From contig NZ_JBEKFG010000005.1 of the NCBI RefSeq assembly GCF_050013435.1, positions 12,609 to 76,608 on the forward strand: 64,000 nt of DNA, given 5' to 3'. Below are positions 46,730 to 56,797 of this stretch, one piece after another. Position numbers and translations under genes: made by a program. The notes under the pieces are model-generated. The model saw nothing but the letters and a program-made list of their open reading frames with translations, ran no database searches and was not told where the DNA came from. The stretch comes from Candidatus Binatus sp. (lineage in GTDB: Bacteria; Desulfobacterota; Binatia; Binatales; Binataceae). Within the stretch, counting starts at the first letter, position 1. Each line of letters opens with the position of its first letter.

Positions 46730-47380
46730 TCATCGTGGCCGGCGCTCCCGAATCCTGAGAGCACGAGCGGTTGCCTTTGGGGAAAAGTAAGCGGCCAGTA
46801 TCGCTTGCGCAGCTTTGGAGAACTCGGCGACGTCGGTTCGCTCATCCCATGCCTGCTGAAGGATCAGCCCATAGAACATCGCAATCAGAACCCGTGCTGC
46901 GGCCTCGGGATTCAGCGTTCGTGGCAACTGTCCGCTGCTCTGAGCTTTTGCGATTGCATTGGACAGCAGCTTCAGCGGCTGGTTGTTCCCGCGCCGGATC
47001 AGGGTGAGAACCTTCGGGTTGCACAGCGCCTCGGCCCACAGATGGATCTCGAGCCGCCGCTCCTTGCGAACCCTGGATGAGGCAAGCAATTCGGCGGATA
47101 AGCTTCTGAACAACTCGCGCACCGACGCGGCCCACTCGTCTCGATTCAGCGCCGCTTCGATGATCCGCTTCTCGCGTTCATGGCGCTGGTCGGCGAGCGT
47201 CTCGATGATTTGGTCTTTGCTCTGAAAGTAGCTGTATATTGCGCCAGCGCTCAGGCCCGCCTCCCGGATGATGTCTTCCATCGTCGTGCGCTGAAAACCG
47301 TCGTGCGCGAAGCACTCGATCGCCGCGTCGAGAATCTGCCGCCGGCGATTTTCTCGATGAGCTTCACTTACCTTCGGCAA
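46730..47380 (-). CDS. TetR-family transcriptional regulator
   Basis: N-terminal HTH TTMEDIIREAGLSAGAIYSYFQSKDQI. Confidence 0.85.
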   Translation of the reverse strand: MPKVSEAHRENRRRQILDAAIECFAHDGFQRTTMEDIIREAGLSAGAIYSYFQSKDQIIETLADQRHEREKRIIEAALNRDEWAASVRELFRSLSAELLASSRVRKERRLEIHLWAEALCNPKVLTLIRRGNNQPLKLLSNAIAKAQSSGQLPRTLNPEAAARVLIAMFYGLILQQAWDERTDVAEFSKAAQAILAAYFSPKATARALRIRERRPR

Positions 47381-48276
47381 CTGGTTCCCTCCCGTTTGCG
47401 AACCTCCGCGATTGCGACATGGTAAAATTCATAGCCCTTCATTTCGTCCTTGCTTGCGCCCATGCAGAGCGCTCCGTACTCGATCGCTCCGAGATCCTGC
47501 TTCAGCTCAAGGCCGCGCGCGCGCAAGTACGACGCAAGCTCCGTGGGATAGAAGCCGAACGTCCATGGCTCTCCCGCGCGCTGCAAATGCCGAAGCACGT
47601 TGGGACTCACCGAGAAGGCGCCGGAGCCATCGAGCAGCCCGCGATGCGTGTATGTGAACACGATCTGGCTGCCAGGCGCATTGCTGCCGACGAACCGTAG
47701 CGTGGCATCCACGGCTGGTTCGTCGAGATAGTTGGTAACGCCCTCCCAGATGAAAAAGGCCTTGCGTTCCCGATCGAACCCCGCTGAGGCTAGAACCTCG
47801 GCAAGCGTCTGTTTCATGAAATCCGTCTCGACGAACGCGACGTGTGGCGGAAATGGGCAAAGGCGCTGCATAAGCGCTCGGCGCTTCATCGCCTGCGTTT
47901 CGCGGCGATCCACCTCGAAAACCCTGGCGTCCTCGATCCCTTCGATGCGGTAGGCGCGAGAGTCGTAGCCGGCGCCAAGGATTACCACCTGCCTTATCTC
48001 CGCCATCAGCGCCTGCCTAAGCGTGCGATCGATCAAGCAGGTTCGCGCTACGGCCGATGCTCTCCCTCCGGGCCAGCGCCGATCGATCCAGGCGATGAGT
48101 CGGTTTCGCGCCGCGGCGGACTTTTGCGCGATCCGGGCTGCAAGGCGCATCGATGGACTCAGGAACATCGCGGCGAATTCATCCGCGAAGAGCCTTTCCT
48201 TTGGTGGGCGGGCGGATTCGAGCGCTCGAAAAATGGCCATCGATTGGGCGGTGCGGCTTGCCTGATTCTCTTTCAT
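47368..48276 (-). CDS. class I SAM-dependent methyltransferase (LCMT/TIGR00027-like)
   Basis: ASRTAQSMAIFRA N-terminus and VVILGAGYDSRAYR SAM motif. 13-nt overlap with the TetR gene. Confidence 0.8.
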   Translation of the reverse strand: MKENQASRTAQSMAIFRALESARPPKERLFADEFAAMFLSPSMRLAARIAQKSAAARNRLIAWIDRRWPGGRASAVARTCLIDRTLRQALMAEIRQVVILGAGYDSRAYRIEGIEDARVFEVDRRETQAMKRRALMQRLCPFPPHVAFVETDFMKQTLAEVLASAGFDRERKAFFIWEGVTNYLDEPAVDATLRFVGSNAPGSQIVFTYTHRGLLDGSGAFSVSPNVLRHLQRAGEPWTFGFYPTELASYLRARGLELKQDLGAIEYGALCMGASKDEMKGYEFYHVAIAEVRKREGTSCRR

Positions 48277-48523
48277 CGCGGCTCTATAAAAAACGAAGAT
48301 TCATTCTTTATTATCAGAGCAGCAAGCGGCCGTCAATCACGACAACGGCAGCACGGCGGTCCAGGTTCAATTCATCGGTTCGGGCGGCGGGTTCGGCAGT
48401 GGCGGGCGCTTTCAGACCTGCATTCTGATTCGAGGCATCGGCGCGAACATGGCGAGGGCGGATCCCCCTAAATTGACGAACTGGCCCCGCAGGTTGGCGT
48501 GATGCATAATCGCGTTCGCGTGC

Positions 48524-48615
48524 GGAGAGGTGGCCGAGCCCGGTTTAAGGCGCACGCCTGGAACGCGTGTAGACTCGAAAGGGTCTCGGGGGTTCGAATC
48601 CCCCCCTCTCCGCCA
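48524..48615 (+). tRNA. tRNA-Ser (anticodon GGA)
   Basis: GGAGAGGTGGCCGAGCCCGGTTTAAGGCGCACGCCTGGAACGCGTGTAGACTCGAAAGGGTCTCGGGGGTTCGAATCCCCCCTCTCCGCCA. Long variable arm, CCA encoded. Confidence 0.9.
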
Positions 48616-48652
48616 ATCAGTCTGACATGTTTCCCTACATTTTGGAGAAGCG

Positions 48653-50326
48653 ATGAAATCGGCGCGTGGGGCGCGATTCACGCGCGGCAGTGGACCCGGA
48701 GAATGCAAACGACCGCGTCTGACGGCAAAAATCGCTCAAAATTCTCTGTTCGCGATTTTGGCATGTCCATCGGCGAACCGGCCGACATTTTGCGGGGAAG
48801 CGTCCTCGGGAAGAACGCCTGACGCAAGCAACTACGCCCGCGTGAGTCTATCGGATTTCCAGAGCTTGCTGCTGCGCGCTCCAGAGCGGGGGCAGTTCGA
48901 TTCTTTGGGTCATCGCGATGGCGCTGAGGTCCGCAGGCTGGCGGCCTTCGACGATCGCCTCGAGGATCCTGGGCGCCAGAAACGCCAGCCGCATCACGCG
49001 GCGCAGGGGAGCGCGACACTCTCGTATGCGTACGACAGCGCGGGCCGGCTGTCGAGCATGACGCTGCCCAATGGCGTTGTGGTGGCGTATAGTTACGATG
49101 CCGGCTCGCGCATAGCGGCGATCGCATACAGCAACGGGAGCGGATCGTTGGGGAATTTGAGCTACAGCTACGATGCGGACGGGCGGACGGTTGGCAAGGG
49201 CGGGAGCCTCGCGTCGATCGTGATGCCGCAGCCAGTCAGCGGCAATACATTCAACGCCGCCAATGAGATGCAGAACTTCGGCGGACAGCCGCTAGCCTAC
49301 GACACGGACGGGAACCTGCTCGGCGACGGGACCAACAGCTATACTTGGGATGCCCGAAATCAGCTGGCGTCGCTCGCTGGCCCCACGTCGGCCAGCTTCG
49401 CTTATGACGCATTCGGTCGGCGGGTGGGCCAGACGATCACTGGCGCATTGACCGGGTATCTGTACGATCTCGCCAATGCAGGCATGCCGCTGCAGGAATT
49501 TTCCAGCACCGGCGCTCCGCTCTTGTCGGGGCTTGGTGCAAGCCGTGTTGATCTAAGCGGCACGATGACTTTTCTTTCCGACGCGCAGAACAACACGATC
49601 GCGCTAACCGACAACACCGGCGCGATCCAGACTCAGTACAGCTGTGGCCCCTTCGGCGCGGTGTCGATAACGGGCGCCGCCAGCACAAATCCGTACCAAT
49701 TCGGAGATATGCAAAACGATGGCACGGGACTGTATTATGCATCGGGAGGGTATTACAGCGCCACCTTTGGACTTGGCATCGGCGGCTCTGCACTCGCCAC
49801 AGGCGCGAGTCAAAACGCATCCAGCTCCGGGAACGGTTCGTGTGACAAATGTCGGGCTCAGTTAAAATACCACCCTGTAGACTATCCCCTCATTAGCGAT
49901 ATCGCCAACCACGCGTTTTGGGATGTACACATGGCAGATGATGGGAGTCCTGGGACCATTTATAGTGGTCAATCTTCAAAATATATGGATGGCACTTACC
50001 ACCTTAATGACTGGGGTTACCTGGCACGGTACGAATGGGCGGATAACAGCCCGGCGCCACCCCATGTAAGTGACAATAAGGACGACGACACCTCGTACGA
50101 TTCCTTTTTTAGCTCAGACCTCTGTCAAGCCTGCCACTTGCTGGATTATGCTGCCTCGTTTTGGCCGCAGGGGCAGATTACCTATTGGCCAGCATGGGGA
50201 CCAAACAGCAATACTTTGGCAAACCATCTTGGCCTATGCGGGGGATTTCCGGACGGACCTCCTCCCCTCACCACAGGTAAAGGCGGGTGGGATAATCCGG
50301 TGGCTCAACAGGTGCCCTGCTTATAG
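48653..50326 (+). CDS. 5-prime-truncated (orphan) RHS/YD-repeat protein fragment with unrecognised C-terminal tip
   Basis: YD repeats begin abruptly at about 48996 (QGSATLSYAYDSAGRL..., YSYDADGRT, YTWDARNQL, FAYDAFGRR). Core-end-like GLYYASGGYYSATFG, then about 170 aa of lower-GC novel sequence. The first roughly 115 codons are not RHS-like. Confidence 0.7.
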   Translation: MKSARGARFTRGSGPGECKRPRLTAKIAQNSLFAILACPSANRPTFCGEASSGRTPDASNYARVSLSDFQSLLLRAPERGQFDSLGHRDGAEVRRLAAFDDRLEDPGRQKRQPHHAAQGSATLSYAYDSAGRLSSMTLPNGVVVAYSYDAGSRIAAIAYSNGSGSLGNLSYSYDADGRTVGKGGSLASIVMPQPVSGNTFNAANEMQNFGGQPLAYDTDGNLLGDGTNSYTWDARNQLASLAGPTSASFAYDAFGRRVGQTITGALTGYLYDLANAGMPLQEFSSTGAPLLSGLGASRVDLSGTMTFLSDAQNNTIALTDNTGAIQTQYSCGPFGAVSITGAASTNPYQFGDMQNDGTGLYYASGGYYSATFGLGIGGSALATGASQNASSSGNGSCDKCRAQLKYHPVDYPLISDIANHAFWDVHMADDGSPGTIYSGQSSKYMDGTYHLNDWGYLARYEWADNSPAPPHVSDNKDDDTSYDSFFSSDLCQACHLLDYAASFWPQGQITYWPAWGPNSNTLANHLGLCGGFPDGPPPLTTGKGGWDNPVAQQVPCL

Positions 50327-50343
50327 TCTCGGGTTTTTCAGCG

Positions 50344-51240
50344 TTGACTATGCGACTCTGGCAATCATCGCACTTGCTGTTGCAGCGAATTCGGTGCCCG
50401 CTGGCTATAGCTGTAGGACTGGCGATTGGCGGGACAGTGCTCGGGGTGGGGTGTCGTGGCTCGGGGCAGTCCCCGCCGCAGCAGGGCGGGCGCGCCCAAC
50501 GTCGTCCGGGCGCTGCCTTCCGGGACTGTGACGAATGCCCGGAGATGGTAGTGGTCCCTGCCGGGAGCTTCATGATGGGTTCGCCGCCGTCGGAGTTTGG
50601 ACGAGTCTATAACGAAAGTCCCCAGCACCGGGTAACGATCGATTACGATTTCGCGATCGGTAAATTTCCCGTCACGCGTGCTGAATATGCAAGGTTCGCG
50701 GCTGAAAGTGGCTATAATGCTGATTACCACTGGAAAGAGCCGGGCTATTTGCAGAACGGCAATTACCCCGCGGGATACGTTAGTTGGGATGACGTGAAGG
50801 CATACGTGCGATGGCTGAGTGATAAGTCCGGAAGTAAATACCGTTTGCCATCAGAAGCAGAGTACGAGTACGCGGAGCGGGCGGGGACGACGACAGCCAA
50901 CTGGTGGCGCGATGGCGCTGACGCGTTATGTTCATATGTCGAATGCAGCGACGACGGCATAGGGCCAGTTGGGAGTCATCCAGCAAATGCTTTTGGATTA
51001 TGCGACATGGCAGGAGGTGTGCATGAATGGACCGAAGACTGCTGGCACCGCAACCATGATGGCGCGCCAACCGATGGAACGGCTCGGACGACTTGGTGGT
51101 TTGGGCGGTGTGATGATCATGCCACTCGCGGAGGAGGGGGAGGTGGGCCAGCGTGGCTTCACCGGTCCGCCATCCGCCAGGGATACTTTTCCGACGACCG
51201 TGCCAACATTTCCGGTTTTCGCGTGGCCAGAACACTGTGA
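50344..51240 (+). CDS. FGE-sulfatase (SUMF1/formylglycine-generating-enzyme-like) domain lipoprotein
   Basis: Possible lipobox LGVGC. MVVVPAGSFMMGS, YRLPSEAEYEYAERAG, FGLCDMAGGVHEWTEDCW and C-terminal GFRVAR. Confidence 0.85.
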   Translation: MTMRLWQSSHLLLQRIRCPLAIAVGLAIGGTVLGVGCRGSGQSPPQQGGRAQRRPGAAFRDCDECPEMVVVPAGSFMMGSPPSEFGRVYNESPQHRVTIDYDFAIGKFPVTRAEYARFAAESGYNADYHWKEPGYLQNGNYPAGYVSWDDVKAYVRWLSDKSGSKYRLPSEAEYEYAERAGTTTANWWRDGADALCSYVECSDDGIGPVGSHPANAFGLCDMAGGVHEWTEDCWHRNHDGAPTDGTARTTWWFGRCDDHATRGGGGGGPAWLHRSAIRQGYFSDDRANISGFRVARTL

Positions 51241-51271
51241 GTTCTTTCATTATGAATTCTTTACTTCGTGA

Positions 51272-51919
51272 TTGTCACCGGACGACCTGTACTTACTAGA
51301 AATTAAATCCGGCCTAAAAGGGAAGAAGTTTGCGGGGTTCGGCTATAACGGAAGCGGCTACGAAAGCACGATCAGCTACCAGTATGACAATAGTGACAGG
51401 CTGACCCAGGTAGTTGATTCGATAGCCGGGACGATTACGCGGACTTACGATAACTTCGACAACTTGATTGACGAACAGACGCCGCAGGGGGAAGTCACTT
51501 ACAGCTATGACGCCGACCATCGGCTCCAAACCCGTACGGTGGTGGGTGAGACTCCTGTCAACTATTCGTGGGACGCCGCCGGCAATCCGCTGTGCGCGGT
51601 GCAGGGGAGCGCGACACTCTCGTATGCGTACGACAGCGCGGGCCGGCTGTCGAGCATGACACTGCCCAATGGTGTTGTTGAGACATTTGGTTACGACAGC
51701 GACTCGCGCATCGCGGCGATCACATACAGTAATGGGACCGGGCCGTTGGGCAACCTGACCTACAGCTACGATGCGGATGGGCGGACGGTTGGCAGGGCAG
51801 GAAGAATTTGCGTGGGACGGGCCAGCAACCGACCAAGCGCTGAAGTTGATCGATCATGCGTTCGAAGCGACGTATCGGCAAGAAGCAACGAAAGTAATCT
51901 GAAAAAAGAACGAGGCTAG
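51272..51919 (+). pseudogene. internal RHS/YD-repeat fragment
   Basis: YD repeats (YQYDNSDRL, YSYDADHRL, YSWDAAGNP, LSYAYDSAGRL, YSYDADGRT) with no N-terminus. Loses RHS character after about 51800. Confidence 0.65.
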
Positions 51920-52196
51920 CGCACGAGACACCAGCCCGGCGCCGACTCGAAGGGGGGGCAAACCCCGGGGTTCTGCCACCGATGAAGGCGTTCAGCTTAA
52001 GGACGCTGGATCTGAGAGCTTCGTGGCTTGGGAACTAACAGGACGGCGGACAGCTATCTTCCGACTGCGTGCCGAATCGTGTTCAGCATATAGATCAGAT
52101 CGCGAGGCGAATGAATTTCCCCAAGACCTATCGCCGCAACGGAAATATGGGGAAGCACTTCGACGCGGACGCCTTACATGTGGATACCGGTACTGG

Positions 52197-53861
52197 CTAC
52201 GATTGTTCCGGCACGGTGTCGATCCGCACCAGATTCGGTGCTTGTCCATCGGTTTGGGGCACAAATCCGGAACTCTTGAACTGAATTGCCTGACAGTTTT
52301 CAGCTTCCAGAATCTCGGCGACTTGCCGCGCATAGCGGATGAAGTGGTGCCCGGAAAGTGCAAGTTCGAATCCAAGCCGCCGCTTGCGCGGGTTCAATCC
52401 CCAGCGCTTCATGAGCCGTCCCAAAAATTGCCAGTAAGCTCGGCGATAGCCGGACAGCACACCCTGCCTCCAAACCGATTTGAACATCACCCTCAACAGG
52501 TACAGCACGGAATGCGCGGTAGATTGCTGTTCCGGTTGAACCTGCCAGCGTTCCAGGGAATCGAACACACGTTGGTAGAAGCGACGCGGCTCGTACAACG
52601 TAAGCATCATCCGCTTGGTGCCGCCGAGCAGTTCGGATAGGGGTAGCACGGTGCGGAAGTTCGGGGGGCTAAAGTTGGTGGGTTCGGGGCTGGCTTGAAC
52701 GAGTCGTCCCTCATTTTTCATGCGTTCATATAACGGAGTGGTAGGCGGTGCCTGTAGGACCCCGGCCATCGCCCAAGGGATAGCGGCCCGCTCTATAAAC
52801 TCAATCTGCCGGTCAAAAATATCCGGTGGGTCGTGATCAAAACCGACGATGAAGCCGCCCATCACCCAAAGCCCGCGCTGTTGAATAAGGCGTATGCAAT
52901 CCAATGGGTCGCGACGGAGATTCTGAAATTTTTTCGTTTCCTTTAGCGACTCCACCGACGGTGTTTCGATCCCGATGAACACACGGCAGAAATTTGCTCT
53001 GACCATCGCGTCCAATAGTTCCGAGCGCGAAGCAAGATCCAGCGAAGCTTCGGTGAAGAACGCGAACGGATAGCGGTTGCGGCGCTGCCACCGTTCCAAC
53101 TCGATAGCGAGCTGCAAAGCCGCCTTGTGATTTCCGATAAAATTGTCGTCGACGACGAATACTTCTTTGCGCCAGCCGAGCTGCAGCAGCGCGTCGAGTT
53201 CCGCAATCAATTGCTCCGGGGACTTCGTCCGCGGACGGCGTCCGTACAGCGTGATGATGTCGCAAAACTCACAGGTGAACGGGCAGCCTCGCGAAAATTG
53301 CACCGACATGGAACTGTATTTCTTTAGTGCCAACAGATCGAAACGCGGCACCGGGGTGCGACTGACATCAGGCTTCTCCGTTACACGGTACAGCCTGCGG
53401 GCTCGGCCGGCTTCGAGGTCCGTGGCAATCTCCTGGAAGATTTCGTCCGGCTCACCCACGACCACATGGTCGGCTAGTGACAGCAATACCTCGGGTTCGC
53501 TGCTGGCATAAGGGCCTCCGATCATGGTTCGTCGACCCAGCTTGGAAGCGCGTTCGAGTATTTGACGCACCTCTTCGCGCTGGACCGCCATCGCACTGAC
53601 CATCACAAGGTCGGCCCAGAGGAGGTCCTCATCGCGCAACTCTTCAAATGCGAGGTCAACTAGACGGATTTCCCATTGTTTGGGACAAAGCGCCGCCACT
53701 GTGATGAGCCCGAGCGGAGGAATGAGAGAGCGCTCCGGGACGATTTCCGTCACCTCTCCAAGGCTCCAAAAGGAGGCGGGAAAGCGCGGCCAGACCATTA
53801 GAACCTTGATCGCAGGTCCGAGTGGCGGGAAAACCCTCACGTCTTCGAGATCTCGGTCCAT
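52197..53861 (-). CDS. B12-binding-domain radical SAM protein
   Basis: Start at MDRDLEDV. N-terminal Rossmann-like B12-binding region, cluster motif FSRGCPFTCEFCDI, long C-terminal extension. Confidence 0.85.
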   Translation of the reverse strand: MDRDLEDVRVFPPLGPAIKVLMVWPRFPASFWSLGEVTEIVPERSLIPPLGLITVAALCPKQWEIRLVDLAFEELRDEDLLWADLVMVSAMAVQREEVRQILERASKLGRRTMIGGPYASSEPEVLLSLADHVVVGEPDEIFQEIATDLEAGRARRLYRVTEKPDVSRTPVPRFDLLALKKYSSMSVQFSRGCPFTCEFCDIITLYGRRPRTKSPEQLIAELDALLQLGWRKEVFVVDDNFIGNHKAALQLAIELERWQRRNRYPFAFFTEASLDLASRSELLDAMVRANFCRVFIGIETPSVESLKETKKFQNLRRDPLDCIRLIQQRGLWVMGGFIVGFDHDPPDIFDRQIEFIERAAIPWAMAGVLQAPPTTPLYERMKNEGRLVQASPEPTNFSPPNFRTVLPLSELLGGTKRMMLTLYEPRRFYQRVFDSLERWQVQPEQQSTAHSVLYLLRVMFKSVWRQGVLSGYRRAYWQFLGRLMKRWGLNPRKRRLGFELALSGHHFIRYARQVAEILEAENCQAIQFKSSGFVPQTDGQAPNLVRIDTVPEQS

Positions 53862-54071
53862 AGAGTTATCCTTGTTAGGATCCGGTATCACAAGATGCGT
53901 ACCGGATTTGCGAACTCGACTCTGTCTTTGCGCAAGAGCATACGGCAGCCACCCTCTGGTGTGTCAAGCTCGGAGGAAGCTGGGTTGATAGATGCGAACC
54001 AGGACAGCGGTTCAAACGCGCCAAAAGCAGCTCCATCAAATCGATCGGACCATTGCAGTGTGGCGGACAAC

Positions 54072-54180
54072 CCTGTCCTTACCAAAAATTCCATCTGGAC
54101 AGGAATTCGAGCGGCTGCGAGAATTGTTATCGAATTGATGCGCTTAAGTGAGACGGGATGCGATCTGAACCACAAGCGGC
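54072..54180 (+). repeat. about 110-bp inverted repeat, left copy
   Basis: Reverse complement of 59101..59211 aligns at roughly 85-90% by eye. Core: ggctgcgagaat..tatcgaattgatgcgcttaa..gagacggg.tgc.atctgaaccacaagcggc. Confidence 0.8.
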
Positions 54181-54280
54181 CGACCCCTCATCAAGATCGA
54201 AAAACACTCCGATACCGAGTCTTCAGGCGACGGCGTACCGGCCGCCGCGCAACCATTGGTGAGCAGGAATCCGGGACGAA

Positions 54281-55303
54281 TCAGGCGGCGACGCGTTCGT
54301 AGCAATGATGCAGGCCACCGACCTGCGGGATGGCGACGGCTCTTCCGATTCTGGGCGGATGGATTGGGCGGGGGTCCGGACAATCCTTGTCGAGCGAAAG
54401 ATGCGTGCGGGTGCGTTGGTAATAGTCGACGTACGAGGAGAGGACTCGACGCAGATGGCGCTCATTGAAGATCACAATGTGATCGAGACATTCGCGCCGG
54501 ATCGAACCGATCACCCGCTCGACGTACGCGTTCTGCCAGGGTGAGCGCGGCGCCGTGATGACTTCCGTGATGCCCATCGCTTCGACCCGGCCGCGGAAGT
54601 CCGAGCCATACGATGCGTCACGGTCGCGCAGCAGATACCGCGGAGCGGCATCCCATGGGAAGGCTTCGGTCACTTGGCGCGAGAGCCACGCTGCGGTCGG
54701 ATGCTTGGTGACAGCGGTGTGCACGATATTCCTGCGATCGTGGGCCAGAATGATCATCACATAAAGCAGCCGAAACGATGCGGACGCCACAACGAACATA
54801 TCGATCGCAGCGATACCTTGGGCCTGATTGCGCAGGAAAGTCCGCCAGTTCTGAGAAGGCGTTCCCCGCCTTCGCACCATGTACTTCGCGACGGTCGCTT
54901 GGCTGACCTCGACGCCGAGCTTGAGCAGCTCACCATGGATCCGAGGCGCACCCCAGAGCGGATTGGCGCTGCTCATCTGCCGAATCAGATCACGAATCTC
55001 GCACTCTACTGACGGCCGCCCGGGTCTCGAACGCCAACGCCAAAACAGGCGAAATCCCTGACGGTGCCATTGGATCACTGTTGCTGGCTTGACCAACACC
55101 ATCATTTCCAGACAGCGCGGCCACAGTCGGTAGAGCCCGACCCAGGGCAAGCGGTCGAAAGCAAATAGACGCAGCCGACCCGGCCGCTGGCAGCGAAGAA
55201 CGTGCAGTTGATGACGGAGGGCGAGGTTCTCTAGTTCCACAAACGCCCGACTGCGGCATCGGCATACACGCCGAGAAACGATCGATCGGACCAGCTTAAG
55301 CAT
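54281..55303 (-). mobile_element. DDE transposase/integrase (rve core domain), IS481/IS3-like
   Basis: Start at MLKLVRS. HTH GAPRIHGELLKLGVEVSQATVAKYM. Catalytic core ending PRSPWQNAYVERVIGSIRRECLD. The IS termini were not identified. Confidence 0.85.
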
Positions 55304-55536
55304 GCCGGCGATATTGCATCGGTGAATCCAAAAACTCCAGACTTTCCGGCGCGTTCGGAGTTTTTGGTAGCCACAGCCGGTCAAGAAGGTCGGACTTTTA
55401 GACGCTTCCCCTGTTTTCAGTTGGCAGGGATAGCCACCGGCCACGGGCATCGCGTTGCGGTGCTTCCACTCCTAGGCGGGTTGCAGCATCAATACGTCCG
55501 GCTTTAGGTTTTGACTCAAGGCGCAAGGGTTGACAG

Positions 55537-56562
55537 CTATTGCGGATCGCCGAGCTGCAGCAACTGCTTGCCGAAGTTTGCTCCTGTGAACAGGCGGATT
55601 ATTGTTTTGGGTGCGTTCTCCAAGCCTCGTTGCAGGTCGATTTGGTTTTTCAGTTTTCTTTCTGCGTGCCATTTCGACATTTCGGTTATCGCTTCGGGAA
55701 AGCGCTTGGCGAATTGGGACACCAGGAAGCCCTCCATCCGCGCGCCTCGCGTGATCAGATTGAGGTAATTGCGCGGCCCGGTGGGCGGTTTGGTGCCGAA
55801 GTCGTTGTACTGCGAAATCGCTCCGCACAGCACGACCCGCGCGCCGTTGGCAATCCGCGCGAGCGCGCGATCGAGGATCTCGCCGCCTACGTTGTCGAAG
55901 TACACGTCGATGCCCTTTGGGCAATACTTAGTCAGAGCCGCACTTACCTTCTCATTCTTATAGTCAATCGCGGCGTCGAAGCCCGCCTCCTTCAATAGCC
56001 AGTCGCACTTTTCGGGTCCGCCCGCTATACCAACTACGCGGCATCCCTCGATTTTGGCTATCATCCCGGCCAGCGAACCGGTTGCGCCCGCGGCGCCCGA
56101 GACTACGAACGTTTCTCCGGCTTTTGCCGCACCGACCGCGAGCGTGCCGAAGTAGGCCGTCAGGCCCGTGGTTCCGAGCAGCGAGAGCGCCAGGATCGGG
56201 TCGGCGCCGCGCGGCAGCTTGCGCAATCCCATCAAGCCTTCGCCGCTGGTGACCGTGTAGTCCTCCCATCCGAAGAGTCCCTGCACGAGGTCGCCCTTGG
56301 CAAATCCGGGACGTTTGGAATCCAGGACCTGTCCTACGGTGCCTGCCTTCATCGTCTGGCCGAGCGGAAGCGCCGGAATGTAGGTGTCCATCGACATCCA
56401 GCCGCGCTGCGTGGGATCGAATGAGAAGGCGAGGTTGCGGACGAGGACCTGGCCGTCTTCCAGCGCGGGGACGACGGTTTCATTCCAGCGGAAATCGTTT
56501 TCCTTGATCATCCCGTGTGGCCGCGCCACCAGCAGCCATTGCCGATTCTTCAGTTCTGCCAT
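55537..56562 (-). CDS. NADP-dependent medium-chain oxidoreductase (PTGR/YncB-like)
   Basis: 341 aa. Cofactor motif VSGAAGATGSLAGMIAKIEGCRVVGIAGG. Confidence 0.85.
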   Translation of the reverse strand: MAELKNRQWLLVARPHGMIKENDFRWNETVVPALEDGQVLVRNLAFSFDPTQRGWMSMDTYIPALPLGQTMKAGTVGQVLDSKRPGFAKGDLVQGLFGWEDYTVTSGEGLMGLRKLPRGADPILALSLLGTTGLTAYFGTLAVGAAKAGETFVVSGAAGATGSLAGMIAKIEGCRVVGIAGGPEKCDWLLKEAGFDAAIDYKNEKVSAALTKYCPKGIDVYFDNVGGEILDRALARIANGARVVLCGAISQYNDFGTKPPTGPRNYLNLITRGARMEGFLVSQFAKRFPEAITEMSKWHAERKLKNQIDLQRGLENAPKTIIRLFTGANFGKQLLQLGDPQ

Positions 56563-56797
56563 CTGAATTCCTTTAATCCGATAGTATTTTCACGGTTCGC
56601 AGTCCTCCGGATTTATCCGATAAGTACGGCTCAGACAAGGAACGTGACTGCGGTGAAACCCGCCGTGGGTTTCACGCTTCGCCGGGCAGGAAAATCGCGT
56701 TTGTGAAGTGGCTGGCGCCTGTGCGACGCTGAGGCTGGATTTCAAAACGGAATTCCCGGACCAATCTTACTACCTCGCTCAGAAGGACAAAGGGACA

